From a virus (Duplodnaviria; Caudoviricetes): 64,000 nt of DNA. A program made the position numbers and the translations under genes. The stretch is taken from positions 64,001 to 128,000 of IMG/VR virus record IMGVR_UViG_3300009540_000001; one strand, 5' to 3'. This document shows, in pieces, positions 1 through 9,235 of the stretch. The notes beneath the pieces are model-generated. The model was not told where the DNA came from, made no database searches, and worked only from the letters and a program-made list of their open reading frames with translations. Positions within the stretch are counted from its first letter, which is position 1. The number at the start of each line of letters is the position of its first letter.

Positions 1-943
1 ACGAGGGCGAGAGGAACATCAGCTGCGCGAACAGCTTGCGCGGATCGTCGCCAGCTGTGCCTGTGAGGCAGATGCGCCGCGAGGCCTTGGCGGAGAGCTC
101 GAGCGCCGACTTCGTCTGCTCCGATTCGAAGTTGCCGAGGTAGTGGCTCTCGTCCGCGACGATCGTGTCGTACGGGAGCTGATAGAGCGGATGGGACGCG
201 GCGTGCCGGAACTCCTCGATGGCCGCCTCCGTCAGCAGCGGCAGCTTGTAACGCTCCCGCTGCGTGGGGCTCAGCTCGAGCTCGAGCGTCGCCTTCTGCG
301 CCCGCTCTCGCTCCATGCGAAGGCGGGTGTAGGAGGCGAGAACGATGTCGGCGTCCTGGGCCAGGGCCTCGGCCTCGCGCGACCCGTCCCACACGACGAC
401 GCTCCATTCCCCTCGCGTGCACCGTTCCGTTTCCTTCTGCCACGCAGCGAGGACGACGGGTGGCGCCAGGACCAGGGCCCGGCGAAACTGCCCCCGCAGG
501 CGCAGCAGGCGAAAGGCGTCGATCGCGGTGCGGGTCTTGCCGGTGCCGGGTTCCCACAACAGGAAGGTGCGCCACCAGTTCACGATCCGGGAGATGCCGA
601 GGCGCTGGTGGCTGTACGGCGTAAAGCCTGGGGTGAAGAAGCCTGCCGGGATGTCGAGGGGGACGTCTGCCTTGGCCTGGTACGCCGCCTCGGCAGCTTG
701 CCAGTCGAGCTCGGCCTCGCGTAGAAGCTTCAGGTGCTCCAAGGCGCTCTCGTCCCACGCTGCGTTCGGGGCGAGCTTGCGAATGTCCTCGAAGGTCCAG
801 CGACCGAACGGAAAGTACGCGGGAAATTGCCAGGCCCCGTCGGCGTAGACGCCGCCCCATGCGCGGGAGACCCCGTGCTCTTTGGGTGCGGGTAGCCGAA
901 AGACAGGCGTAGACTTGCGAAGTAGGTCGCCGCTTACGTGCAT
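1..943 (-). CDS. SNF2-family (SF2) helicase, 3' end runs off the window
   Basis: Manual translation from ATG 943 (AGGAGG upstream): MHVSGDLL...PYSHQRLG (Q motif), WEPGTGKT (Walker A), IVADESH (DExH), CLTGT (motif III). It is absent from the ORF track because there is no stop in the window. Confidence 0.85.
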   Translation of the reverse strand, partial: MHVSGDLLRKSTPVFRLPAPKEHGVSRAWGGVYADGAWQFPAYFPFGRWTFEDIRKLAPNAAWDESALEHLKLLREAELDWQAAEAAYQAKADVPLDIPAGFFTPGFTPYSHQRLGISRIVNWWRTFLLWEPGTGKTRTAIDAFRLLRLRGQFRRALVLAPPVVLAAWQKETERCTRGEWSVVVWDGSREAEALAQDADIVLASYTRLRMERERAQKATLELELSPTQRERYKLPLLTEAAIEEFRHAASHPLYQLPYDTIVADESHYLGNFESEQTKSALELSAKASRRICLTGTAGDDPRKLFAQLMFLSPS

Positions 944-964
944 GGCGCCCTCCTGGGAGTAGAG

Positions 965-2689
965 ATGTTCGACGGTGACTTCAATCCGATGGGAGGACAG
1001 AACGGTCCGGGTGCCTCGCACCCGAACCCGATGTTCGACTACACGACCTCCTTTGTCCCGAGGAAGCTCAAGGACCTCTTCAAGTGGGCAGAGTACCTTG
1101 GGTTCAACTCCGCGCACATTTACGCGGTAGTTCGGAAGTTCGGGGAGTACCCGATCACCCGGTTCATCTACGAGTCGACCTCTGAAGAGGAGAAGGCTCG
1201 GCACAAGAAGCTCTTCGAGGAGGACGTCCACCTCAAGGGGTTCATGACGCTCGCGTCCTACGACGTGTGGCTCTACGGCAACTCCTTCGTCAGCGTGTAC
1301 GAGCCGATCAAGCGGGACCTCATGTGCCCCGAGGAGGGGTGCAAGAGCCGTGAGGACATCACGGCGGCGGTCTACGAGTTCAACCTCGAGCGCCTCGAGT
1401 TCAAGCACGACTGCCGCGAGTGCCAGCGCAAGGGCGTGATCTCCATCGTCAAGGACGTGAAGATCAAAGAGGCCGAGCGCATCCGGCTCATCCGGTGGGA
1501 CCCGAAGCTGATCGACATCGAGCACAACCCGATCACGGGCGAGTCGGTCTACTACTACCAGATCCCGCGCGACATCGTCTCGAAGGTGAGGGGCGGCAAC
1601 AAGACGCTCATCAACCACATGCCGATGGAGATCTTGCGCGCCATGCAGGCGAACAAGACCTTCAAGTTCGGGCCCAACGCGCTGTTCCACCTGAAGATGC
1701 CGGGGCCGGCCGGCGTGCAGTCGCAGTGGGGCTACCCGCCGATCACCTCGGCGATCAAGAACTTCCTGTTCGCCTCCATCCTGCGCAAGGCCAACGAGGC
1801 CATCGCGCTCGAGCACATCACGCCGTTCCGCGTGATCCACCCGCTCTCGGCGAGCGCGCAGGGCGACCCCATCTCGACGATCAACCTCGGCCAGTGGAAG
1901 GACGAGATGGTCCGCAACCTGCGGGAGTTCCGCAAGGACCCGCTGCGCATCCAGTTCTCCCCTGTGCCCATCGGCGTGCAGAACATCGGCGGCGAGGGCC
2001 GCGCGCTCCTGACGCTCGGGGAGCTCCAGGAAGCGGAGAAGGCGATCGTCCTCTCCCTCGGTGTGCCGATGGAGTTCCTCACCGGCGGCCTCGGACAGAC
2101 GCGCGGCGAGATCACGCTGCGGATGATCGAGAACCAGCTACAGACCCACATCGAGAACCTGAACGCCCTGGTGCGCTGGATCGAGCGCAAGGTCGCCGCG
2201 TACATGTCGTGGGACACCATCTCGATGCGGCTCGCCGACTTCAAGATGATCGACGACATGGAGTCGAAGCAACTCAAGCTCCAGCTGTGGCAGTCGCAGC
2301 TCATCTCGAACTCCACGGTCGCGGAGCTCGTAGACGTCGACCTCGATCACGAGCGCAAGCAGCGCCGCGAGGACACGCTCGCCGATACCCGCGCGCAGCA
2401 GAAGACGCAGATCGAGGTGCAGAAGCTCCAGCAGTCGATCTCGCAGCAGGCGCAGCAGCAGGCGATTCAGTCGCAGGGCGGCATGGCCTACGACCAGCAG
2501 CAGATCCGAGCGCAGGCGGACATCAAGGTGCAGGAGCTCGCGCAGCTCGACCCGGGCTCGCGCCGCAGCCGTATGGACGCGCTCAAGGGCGAGGACTACG
2601 TGATGTACTGCGTCGTGCGTGACATGCTCGAGCAAGTGCAGCAAGATCAGATGCAGGCGATGAAGGCTCAAGGGCAGCAGGCGGCGTGA
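965..2689 (+). CDS. Probable portal protein with a Cys-rich insertion
   Basis: Portal-like segments (LIRWDPKLIDI, LFHLK..QWGYPPI, EKAIVLSLGVPMEFL), size about 575 aa, Q-rich coiled-coil C-terminus, first gene of the morphogenesis block. ATG 965 is preferred over GTG 938, which overlaps the helicase start. Confidence 0.65.
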   Translation: MFDGDFNPMGGQNGPGASHPNPMFDYTTSFVPRKLKDLFKWAEYLGFNSAHIYAVVRKFGEYPITRFIYESTSEEEKARHKKLFEEDVHLKGFMTLASYDVWLYGNSFVSVYEPIKRDLMCPEEGCKSREDITAAVYEFNLERLEFKHDCRECQRKGVISIVKDVKIKEAERIRLIRWDPKLIDIEHNPITGESVYYYQIPRDIVSKVRGGNKTLINHMPMEILRAMQANKTFKFGPNALFHLKMPGPAGVQSQWGYPPITSAIKNFLFASILRKANEAIALEHITPFRVIHPLSASAQGDPISTINLGQWKDEMVRNLREFRKDPLRIQFSPVPIGVQNIGGEGRALLTLGELQEAEKAIVLSLGVPMEFLTGGLGQTRGEITLRMIENQLQTHIENLNALVRWIERKVAAYMSWDTISMRLADFKMIDDMESKQLKLQLWQSQLISNSTVAELVDVDLDHERKQRREDTLADTRAQQKTQIEVQKLQQSISQQAQQQAIQSQGGMAYDQQQIRAQADIKVQELAQLDPGSRRSRMDALKGEDYVMYCVVRDMLEQVQQDQMQAMKAQGQQAA

Positions 2690-3111
2690 TGACAGAGCTG
2701 AGCAGAGAAGAAGAGCGGGAGATGATCATGCGCGGACCGCGCAACCCGCTCGAGAAACCCGCGAAGAAGACACCGGCGAAGGTTTGCTACGACGTCTTCA
2801 GTCTGTTCCGCCCGTGGCAGGCGTGCCGGCGGTGTCAGGAAGCCCTGACCTTGGGGGAGGTTCAACCTCCTCCCGAGGCTGGGGACCTCGCGTGCCCGCA
2901 TGTACGGCGTAAAGAGTTCGTCGACCTGTGTAACCGCATCCGCGCCGGAGGCCCGCAGGCCCCGACGCAGCTGCGGCTCGAGATCTGGTCGTCGCAGGCG
3001 ACGGGGGAGCGGTTCGCGGAGGTCCTGTGGGAGGAGCCTGCTCCCCAGGCCCAGGGCGCGCCGAGCGTCGCGGGCGCCGCCAAGCAAAAGAAGGTCGACC
3101 CAGAGCTGTAG
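2686..3111 (+). CDS. Hypothetical protein with CxxC...CPH (possible Zn binding)
   Basis: ATGA-coupled to the portal stop; CRRC and CPH motifs. Confidence 0.65.
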   Translation: MMTELSREEEREMIMRGPRNPLEKPAKKTPAKVCYDVFSLFRPWQACRRCQEALTLGEVQPPPEAGDLACPHVRRKEFVDLCNRIRAGGPQAPTQLRLEIWSSQATGERFAEVLWEEPAPQAQGAPSVAGAAKQKKVDPEL

Positions 3112-3119
3112 CCGCGAAC

Positions 3120-3160
3120 CCGGGGGCGACGTTCAGGTTCACACCCGACGCCGCCCCCGG
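3120..3160. terminator. GC-rich hairpin, possible bidirectional terminator
   Basis: ccgggggcgacgt...acgccgcccccgg inverted repeat just after the stop at 3111. Confidence 0.5.
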
Positions 3161-3185
3161 CCAGTACTCATCACCACTCTGAGCT

Positions 3186-3236
3186 CTACGAGCGCAGAAC
3201 GTGGATGACGAACTTGTAGATCGCGCGAATCAGCAA
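3186..3236 (-). CDS. Putative 16-aa hydrophobic peptide MLIRAIYKFVIHVLRS
   Basis: Very strong Shine-Dalgarno (GAAAGGAGGTG) 6 nt before TTG; TAG stop; downstream hairpin. Confidence 0.45.
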   Translation of the reverse strand: MLIRAIYKFVIHVLRS

Positions 3237-3280
3237 GAGACACACCTCCTTTCCGTACGACCTTCTACCTGTATTTCCGC

Positions 3281-3287
3281 TAGACTT
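3281..3287 (+). promoter_or_regulatory. TAGACTT -10-like box upstream of the RNAP gene
   Basis: The same heptamer occurs at 910 and 11780, upstream of other structural-block genes. Confidence 0.55.
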
Positions 3288-3296
3288 CGCACACCC

Positions 3297-6200
3297 ATGA
3301 GCGAAGTCACTCCCGTCCTCACGGACGCCGCCACGCTGCGCGCCAAGATTCACGAGAAGACGCAAGCCGCGCTGCGGTCGGTGTTCCCGCTCGACTTGAA
3401 GGGCCGCACGCTCGAGCTCCAGGACGTCAAGGTCCACGCGCAGGACTACAGCCCGAGCCAGCAGCGCCGCGCGCTGCTCACCGGCTCGAGTCTGTATGAG
3501 CCGGTGAAGGGCACCCTCGTGCTGAAAGACGGCGCGGGCAAGGTCGTCGACACGGCGAAGAACTTCACGCTCGCGCACGTGCCGTACCTGACGGAGCGGC
3601 ACACGCTCATCTCGGACGGCAACGAGTACCAGATGGCGAACCAGCTTCGCCGCAAGCCGGGCGTGTACACACAGCGCTCGGACAACGGCGAGCTCAAGAA
3701 CGTCTTCAACCTCGGTCGCGGGTCGAACTTCGACCTCGGGATGAACGAGGGCAAGGGGACGTTCCACATGACCTACGGGACGACCAACCTGCCGCTTTAC
3801 GCGGTGCTGCGTGGGATGGGCGCGTCGCACGAGGAGATCGCCGGGAAGTGGGGCGCGGGCGTCGCGAAGGCCAACGAAGCCGCGCACGGGCACCAGATCG
3901 AGAGCACGATCGCGAAGCTGTACGGCAAGCTCGAGCACCCGGCGCTGATCAAGCCCGGGGCGACGCACGAGGAGAAGCTGACGGCGGTCCACAAGCGCTA
4001 CGCGTTGTCGACGCTCGACCCGGAGGTCACGAAGCAGACGCTAGGCCACGGGCACAGCTCGGTCACGCCGACGGCGCTCCTCGACGCCTCGGCGAAGATG
4101 CTCCGCGTTCACAAGGGCGAAGACGTCGTCGACGACACCGACTCGCTCGCCTTCAAGACGTTCCACTCGATGGACGACTTCTTGGCGGAGCGCATTCGGC
4201 TGACGGCGCGCGCATGGGCCCCGAAGGCCCGCATGGCGCTCAACGGCAAGACGGAGATCCGCGAGGCCCTGAAGCCCGGGCCGTTCTCCTCGGCGATTCG
4301 GAAGTTCGTCACGACGTCGAACCTCGCGGCGGTTCCCCCGGGCATCAACCCCATGGAGCTGATCGACCACGCGGTGAAGGTGACGTCGCTCGGCGAAGGC
4401 GGCATCCCCTCGGACCGCGCGATCCCCTTCGACGCGCGCATGATCCACAACACGCACTTCGGGGCGCTCGATCCCGTGCGCACGCCCGAGAGCAATCACT
4501 CGGGCGTGGACATCCGCGCAACGATCGCCGCCCACCGCGACGACGCCGGCAACCTCTACACCGTCTTGCGCAACGTGAAGTCCAACAAGATGGAGTTCGT
4601 CCGCGCGGGCGATCAGCGCAAGTACGTCGTCGCCTTCCCCCACCAGCAGCTGAAGGGCGACGTCGACGCCTTCCGCGACGGCAAGCTCGAGAAGGTCGAC
4701 GCCTCTACGGTCACCCACCAGCTCGACCACATCAAGCACGCGTACTCGCCCGCGACGTCCATGGTGCCGTTCCTGCACTCGATGCAGGGCAACCGCGCCA
4801 TCATGGCCTCGAAGTTCGGGACGCAGGCGCTGCCGCTGCTCGAGCGCGAGGTACCGCTCGTGCAAGTGCGCTCGCACTTGGACAGCGGGGAGTCGTTCGA
4901 ACAGGTCTACGGGCACATGATCAACCCGACGGCGCCTGTGGCGGGGACGGTCAAGAAGGTCGACGGGGACTATGTGTGGATCGAACCGCACCGCGTAAAG
5001 AAGGCGGAGGATCGCCCTGTCCTCTATCAGAAGCGTGTCGGCCCGCACGCCTTCAACATCGAGATCGAGAAGGAGTTCCACGTTCGCGGGAACAAGTTCC
5101 CCTCGTCTTCGGACTACGGGCACCTCCCTGGGTACGTCGGGCCTGACGGCGACAGCCTCGACTTCTTTGTCGGGGATCGCCACGACGGGGTCCTTGCCGT
5201 CTACGACAAGCAAAAGAACTTCGACGGGAAGGGCTGGAAGACGACAGACAAGAAGTTCGTCGTCGGGATGAACCCCACCGAGTACGCGGCGTGGCAGAAG
5301 CACCCGGCGATGACGGCACACCCGCAAATCCGCTTCGCCAACGAGCGTCGCTTCAAAGACTGGGACGACCTGAAGTCGCACATCGACACCCACTACAAGC
5401 GTCCGGAAGGGCACGAGAAGGAAGCCGCCGAGAACCTGGTCAAGGTCCCCTACCAGACCCAGTTCCCCTTCCCCTCGAAGACCTCGCTTCACCACGACGT
5501 CATCGTCAAGCCAGGCGACAAGGTCGAGGCCGGGCAGCAGCTCGGCGAGTCGAACTACACCCGCAAGGGCACGCTCGCGCTCGGGAAGAACCTGCTCGTC
5601 GGCTACATGGCGTACCACGGCGTGAACTCCAACGACGCCATGGTGATCTCGGAGGGCGCGTCGAAGAAGCTCACCAGCGAGCACATGTACCGGGAGATTT
5701 ACCCGGTAAACGCGCGCATCGAGCTCAACACCGCGAAGCACAAGCTGTACTACGGCTCGAAGTACCAGCCGCAGCAGTACGCGCACCTCGACGCGGACGG
5801 CGTGGTCAAGAAGGGTTCGCGGGTCAACCCGAAGGACATCCTCGTCGCCGGATTGACGAAGCAGCAGGTGTCAGGGTCCGACGCCCTCGTGGGCCGCATC
5901 TCCAAGGCGCTGACGAAGCCGTACAAGGAGGTCGTGCTCGAGTGGACGCACGGCGGTCCCGGCGTCGTGGAGGACGTCGTCCGCACCGCGTCGCAGATCA
6001 CGGTGCTGATCAGCACGCAGGAGCGCATGCAGATCGGCGACAAGCTCGCCGGTCGCCACGCGAACAAGGGCGTCGTCTCGCGCATCGTCCCCGACCACGA
6101 GATGATCCGAGACGAGCAGGGCCGCCCCCTCGACGTGCTCATCACGAGCGCTGGCGTCATCAGCCGCGTGAACCCGAGTCAGATCCTCGAGACGTGCGCC

Positions 6201-8183
6201 GGCAAGGTCGCGGAGAAGACCGGCAAGCCGGTGATCTTCGACAACGCCGCCGGCGTCAACGCCGTGAAGTGGGTACGCGGCCTGATGAAGGAGCACGGCG
6301 TAAAGGACAAGGAGGTCGTCTTCGACCCGCTCACGAAGCGCCACATCACGGGCTCGGATGGGAAGGGAGTACTTGTAGGTAGACAGTATATCTACAAGCT
6401 CTTCAAGTCGACGGACACGAACTTCGCCGGGCACGGCGTGGGCCCGTACGACCTGAACGAACAGCCGCTGAAGACCGGCGGCGACGACAGCGCCAAGGGC
6501 CTCGGCAAGATGGAGTTCGACGCGTTGCTCGCGCACAACGCTCGCAACTTCCTCAACGAGGCTGCGACCGTGCGCGGCACCAAGAACGAGGAGTTCTGGA
6601 AGGCCGTGCAGCTGGGCCTGCCCATGCCCGCGCCGAAACCGTCGTTCGCGTTCAATAAGTTCGTCGGAATGCTCGAGGGTGCGGGCGTGCGCATCGACAA
6701 GCGCGGGAGCAAGTTCCACATCCTGCCGCTGACCGACAAGGACGTCACGAAGCGCTCGGCAGGGGCGATCGAGAACAACAAGACGCTCCAGGCGAAGGAC
6801 CTGAAGCCGGAGAAGGGCGGGCTGTTCGATCCCTCGCGCACGGGAGGGCCGCAAGGGACGCTGTACGCACACATCGACTTGCACGAGCCGATTCCCTCGC
6901 CCGTGTTCAAGGAGCCGGTGCGCCGCTTGCTCGGCATGACGGAGAAGCAGTTCGACAACGCGCTCGGCGAGCACGGCGGCGGGTGGTTTAAGACTCAGCT
7001 TGACGCCATCAGCCCCGACGCGAAGCTGAAAGACCTGCGCGCACGGATGACGAAGGCCAACGGCCCCGTCTTGAACGACCTCGTCAAGCAGGTGAAGTAC
7101 CTCGAGGCGCTGAAGACGCACAAGCTCAGCCCGAGCGAGGCGTACATCATCTCGAAGGTACCGGTGATCCCGCCGGTTTTCCGTCCCATTCTCCCAGGAG
7201 TCGCAGACCCCTCGCAGCTGATGGTCGCCGACGCCAACAAGCTGTACGCGCAGCTGATGGACGCAAACCACACGCTGAAGAACACTGCCTTGCCCAGTGA
7301 CTTGGGGAAGCATCGCAACGAAGTCTTCTCGACGGTCGAGGAGCTCTACGGCACGACGTTGCCGCGCGACCCGAAGCTTCAGCAGCAAAAGGTGAAGGGG
7401 TTCCTCTCCACCATCGCGGGCGTCGGCACGCCGAAGGGCGGGTTCTTCCAGCGCAAGCTGATGCGCAAGAACATGGACATCAGCGGGCGCGGCACAGCGG
7501 TGCCGGACTCGAACCTCGGCATGGACGAAGTCGGCATCCCTGAGAAGATGCTCTGGGGCATGCTCGACAAGCTCGTCGTCGCTCGACTCATGCGGAAGGG
7601 CTACCCCGCGCTCGACGCGCGCGAAATGGTCAAGAAGCAGACGGCGGCGGCGCGCGAGGCGCTCATGGAAGAGACGCGCGAGCGCCCCATGCTCATCAAC
7701 CGGGCCCCGACGCTGCACCGCTGGTCGATCGTGGCGGCGTACGCGAAGCCCGTGCAGGGCAAGACGATCCGCGTGAGCTCCTTCACGGAGAAGGGCCTCA
7801 ACCTCGACTACGACGGCGACACCTTGCAGGTGCACGCCCCGCTCACCCCGGGCTCGATCGAGGACGCCAAGAAGATGACGCTCTCGAACATGATCCTGAG
7901 CGATCAGCAGCGGAACAAGCTCCTCGCCTTTCCGCAGCACGAGGCGATCATCGGCTTCACCCTCGCAGCCAAGGGCGGCACAGGCACCGGCCCCGTCAAG
8001 AAATTCGCGACGCGCGACGAAGCCATGGCCGCCTGGCGCCGTGGAGAACTCCAGCTGAACGACGCGATCCAGGTGGCGAACGTGAAGCACGCGTACGAGG
8101 AAGAAGACGACGATTCCATCTCTCCCGACGTCGACGTATCCTTCTACCCGGCCGAACACGTCACCGGCGTGGGCCTGGAGTAA
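3297..8183 (+). CDS. rpoB: Phage multisubunit RNA polymerase: beta fused to the N-terminal part of beta', with an inorganic-pyrophosphatase-like insert
   Basis: Beta motifs: TSLGEGG, HFGALDPVRTPE, PFLHSMQGNRAIM, GTLALGKNLLV, GDKLAGRHANKGVVS, GLGKMEFDAL. Beta' motifs follow in the same frame: KPEKGGLF, VPVIPPVFRP, DISGRG, LINRAPTLHR, catalytic NLDYDGD (7800-7820). ATG 3297 lies downstream of a TAGACTT box. Confidence 0.95.
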   Translation: MSEVTPVLTDAATLRAKIHEKTQAALRSVFPLDLKGRTLELQDVKVHAQDYSPSQQRRALLTGSSLYEPVKGTLVLKDGAGKVVDTAKNFTLAHVPYLTERHTLISDGNEYQMANQLRRKPGVYTQRSDNGELKNVFNLGRGSNFDLGMNEGKGTFHMTYGTTNLPLYAVLRGMGASHEEIAGKWGAGVAKANEAAHGHQIESTIAKLYGKLEHPALIKPGATHEEKLTAVHKRYALSTLDPEVTKQTLGHGHSSVTPTALLDASAKMLRVHKGEDVVDDTDSLAFKTFHSMDDFLAERIRLTARAWAPKARMALNGKTEIREALKPGPFSSAIRKFVTTSNLAAVPPGINPMELIDHAVKVTSLGEGGIPSDRAIPFDARMIHNTHFGALDPVRTPESNHSGVDIRATIAAHRDDAGNLYTVLRNVKSNKMEFVRAGDQRKYVVAFPHQQLKGDVDAFRDGKLEKVDASTVTHQLDHIKHAYSPATSMVPFLHSMQGNRAIMASKFGTQALPLLEREVPLVQVRSHLDSGESFEQVYGHMINPTAPVAGTVKKVDGDYVWIEPHRVKKAEDRPVLYQKRVGPHAFNIEIEKEFHVRGNKFPSSSDYGHLPGYVGPDGDSLDFFVGDRHDGVLAVYDKQKNFDGKGWKTTDKKFVVGMNPTEYAAWQKHPAMTAHPQIRFANERRFKDWDDLKSHIDTHYKRPEGHEKEAAENLVKVPYQTQFPFPSKTSLHHDVIVKPGDKVEAGQQLGESNYTRKGTLALGKNLLVGYMAYHGVNSNDAMVISEGASKKLTSEHMYREIYPVNARIELNTAKHKLYYGSKYQPQQYAHLDADGVVKKGSRVNPKDILVAGLTKQQVSGSDALVGRISKALTKPYKEVVLEWTHGGPGVVEDVVRTASQITVLISTQERMQIGDKLAGRHANKGVVSRIVPDHEMIRDEQGRPLDVLITSAGVISRVNPSQILETCAGKVAEKTGKPVIFDNAAGVNAVKWVRGLMKEHGVKDKEVVFDPLTKRHITGSDGKGVLVGRQYIYKLFKSTDTNFAGHGVGPYDLNEQPLKTGGDDSAKGLGKMEFDALLAHNARNFLNEAATVRGTKNEEFWKAVQLGLPMPAPKPSFAFNKFVGMLEGAGVRIDKRGSKFHILPLTDKDVTKRSAGAIENNKTLQAKDLKPEKGGLFDPSRTGGPQGTLYAHIDLHEPIPSPVFKEPVRRLLGMTEKQFDNALGEHGGGWFKTQLDAISPDAKLKDLRARMTKANGPVLNDLVKQVKYLEALKTHKLSPSEAYIISKVPVIPPVFRPILPGVADPSQLMVADANKLYAQLMDANHTLKNTALPSDLGKHRNEVFSTVEELYGTTLPRDPKLQQQKVKGFLSTIAGVGTPKGGFFQRKLMRKNMDISGRGTAVPDSNLGMDEVGIPEKMLWGMLDKLVVARLMRKGYPALDAREMVKKQTAAAREALMEETRERPMLINRAPTLHRWSIVAAYAKPVQGKTIRVSSFTEKGLNLDYDGDTLQVHAPLTPGSIEDAKKMTLSNMILSDQQRNKLLAFPQHEAIIGFTLAAKGGTGTGPVKKFATRDEAMAAWRRGELQLNDAIQVANVKHAYEEEDDDSISPDVDVSFYPAEHVTGVGLE
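4998..5426 (+). other. Inorganic pyrophosphatase-like domain inserted in RNAP beta
   Basis: DYGHLPGYVGPDGDSLDFFVG resembles the family I PPase YG-x-x-P...DGDxxD signature; the insert is bounded by KKA and KEA. Confidence 0.7.
5698..5710. promoter_or_regulatory. Perfect-armed copy of the dispersed palindrome TTTAC-NNN-GTAAA
   Basis: TTTACCCGGTAAA; perfect-armed copies also at 8278 and 60537, about 40 copies in all. Confidence 0.6.
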
Positions 8184-8189
8184 CCGCCC

Positions 8190-8567
8190 GTGCCGAAGCT
8201 GTCCGACACCGTGAAGGGCGTAACCCAACGACAAGCAGCGTCGCTGCGGGGTTGGTACCGTAAGCCCGCCCCCGGCTTTTACGGGGTAAAGGACGGCTTC
8301 GACGCCGCCGCCAAAGGAGCGCACGTGAAGGTCTCGTCCGACAAGATCGCCGAGGCCCGCATGCGCGGCTACCTGCGCGTCCTCCAGAAGTACGCCCTCC
8401 TCGAGAAGTTCGACGAGCCGATCGAGGCCCTCGCGAAGCGCTTCGCGCAGAGCAACTTCGGCTACGGCGAGGACCCGAAGCCGCAGGCGAAGGGGCGGTT
8501 CCAGGGCTACGCCGGGGACCCGATGATGAGCCCGCCGAGCCCGGGTGCGACGCAGAGGAGCGTTTGA
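8190..8567 (+). CDS. Hypothetical protein (probable virion protein, KIA/KYA motifs)
   Basis: Fills the gap between the RNAP genes; coupled to the next ORF. Confidence 0.65.
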   Translation: MPKLSDTVKGVTQRQAASLRGWYRKPAPGFYGVKDGFDAAAKGAHVKVSSDKIAEARMRGYLRVLQKYALLEKFDEPIEALAKRFAQSNFGYGEDPKPQAKGRFQGYAGDPMMSPPSPGATQRSV

Positions 8568-9232
8568 TGGGACCTGGAGCACAAGTCGCCCTGGCAATGG
8601 GCATTCCCGCCGCCGCCGCGTCGCTCGGGGCCCTCTACCTGATGACGCCGAAATACCTTCGGCGGCAGATCGGCGAAGAGTTCCGCGACCCGCGCCTCTA
8701 CTCGAACCTGCGCGGCGCCGTCTCGCTCGAAGACCGCGACGAACGCGTCCGTGCGCATCGACACCTCGGTAAGGGCGACGGAAGTGTGCTCGGGGCGATG
8801 GCGACGGGGTTCGGAAGGAAAGAGGCAGGCGTCAAGAAAGAAGCCATGATCAAAGTCGCATACTACAACTCCAAGGTCGCATCTCTCGGCGCCATCGCCG
8901 GCGCCGCTGGCCGAACGCTGATGCACAACCCTCGCGCTGCCGCGACCGTTGCAGGCGGTGCCGTCGGCGCGGGCGCTGGCGCCCTCGCAGCGGGGCCGGG
9001 GAACCGCCTCGCGGGAGCCGCAGGCGGCGCAGCGATCGGAGCAGGCGCGGGTAACCTCGCGACGCGCGGCGCTGCTGGGCGGGATGCCGTCGCAGGCGTA
9101 GGCCGTAGGTTGCGCGACGCCGCGCCCGCCAGGGCCATCCCCGCGCTCGGTAAGGCTGTGCCCAACGCGGTCGCTGCACCCGTCGCGGTTGCCGCACCCG
9201 CGTTCATGGGGCCGCCGGGCGCCGCACGCTGA
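8564..9232 (+). CDS. Glycine-zipper membrane-type protein with K-x-A motifs
   Basis: KEA, KEA, KVA, KVA followed by GGAVGAGAGALAAG and GAAGGAAIGAGAG. Confidence 0.7.
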   Translation: MMGPGAQVALAMGIPAAAASLGALYLMTPKYLRRQIGEEFRDPRLYSNLRGAVSLEDRDERVRAHRHLGKGDGSVLGAMATGFGRKEAGVKKEAMIKVAYYNSKVASLGAIAGAAGRTLMHNPRAAATVAGGAVGAGAGALAAGPGNRLAGAAGGAAIGAGAGNLATRGAAGRDAVAGVGRRLRDAAPARAIPALGKAVPNAVAAPVAVAAPAFMGPPGAAR

Positions 9233-9235
9233 CCC

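Noticed and set aside
143-848. Plus-strand ORFs 143..724 and 345..848
   Set aside because: They overlap the minus-strand helicase, which has clear SF2 motifs.
4998-5426. RNAP insert as an intein
   Set aside because: It has no N-terminal Cys/Ser block A and no terminal His-Asn before a nucleophile.
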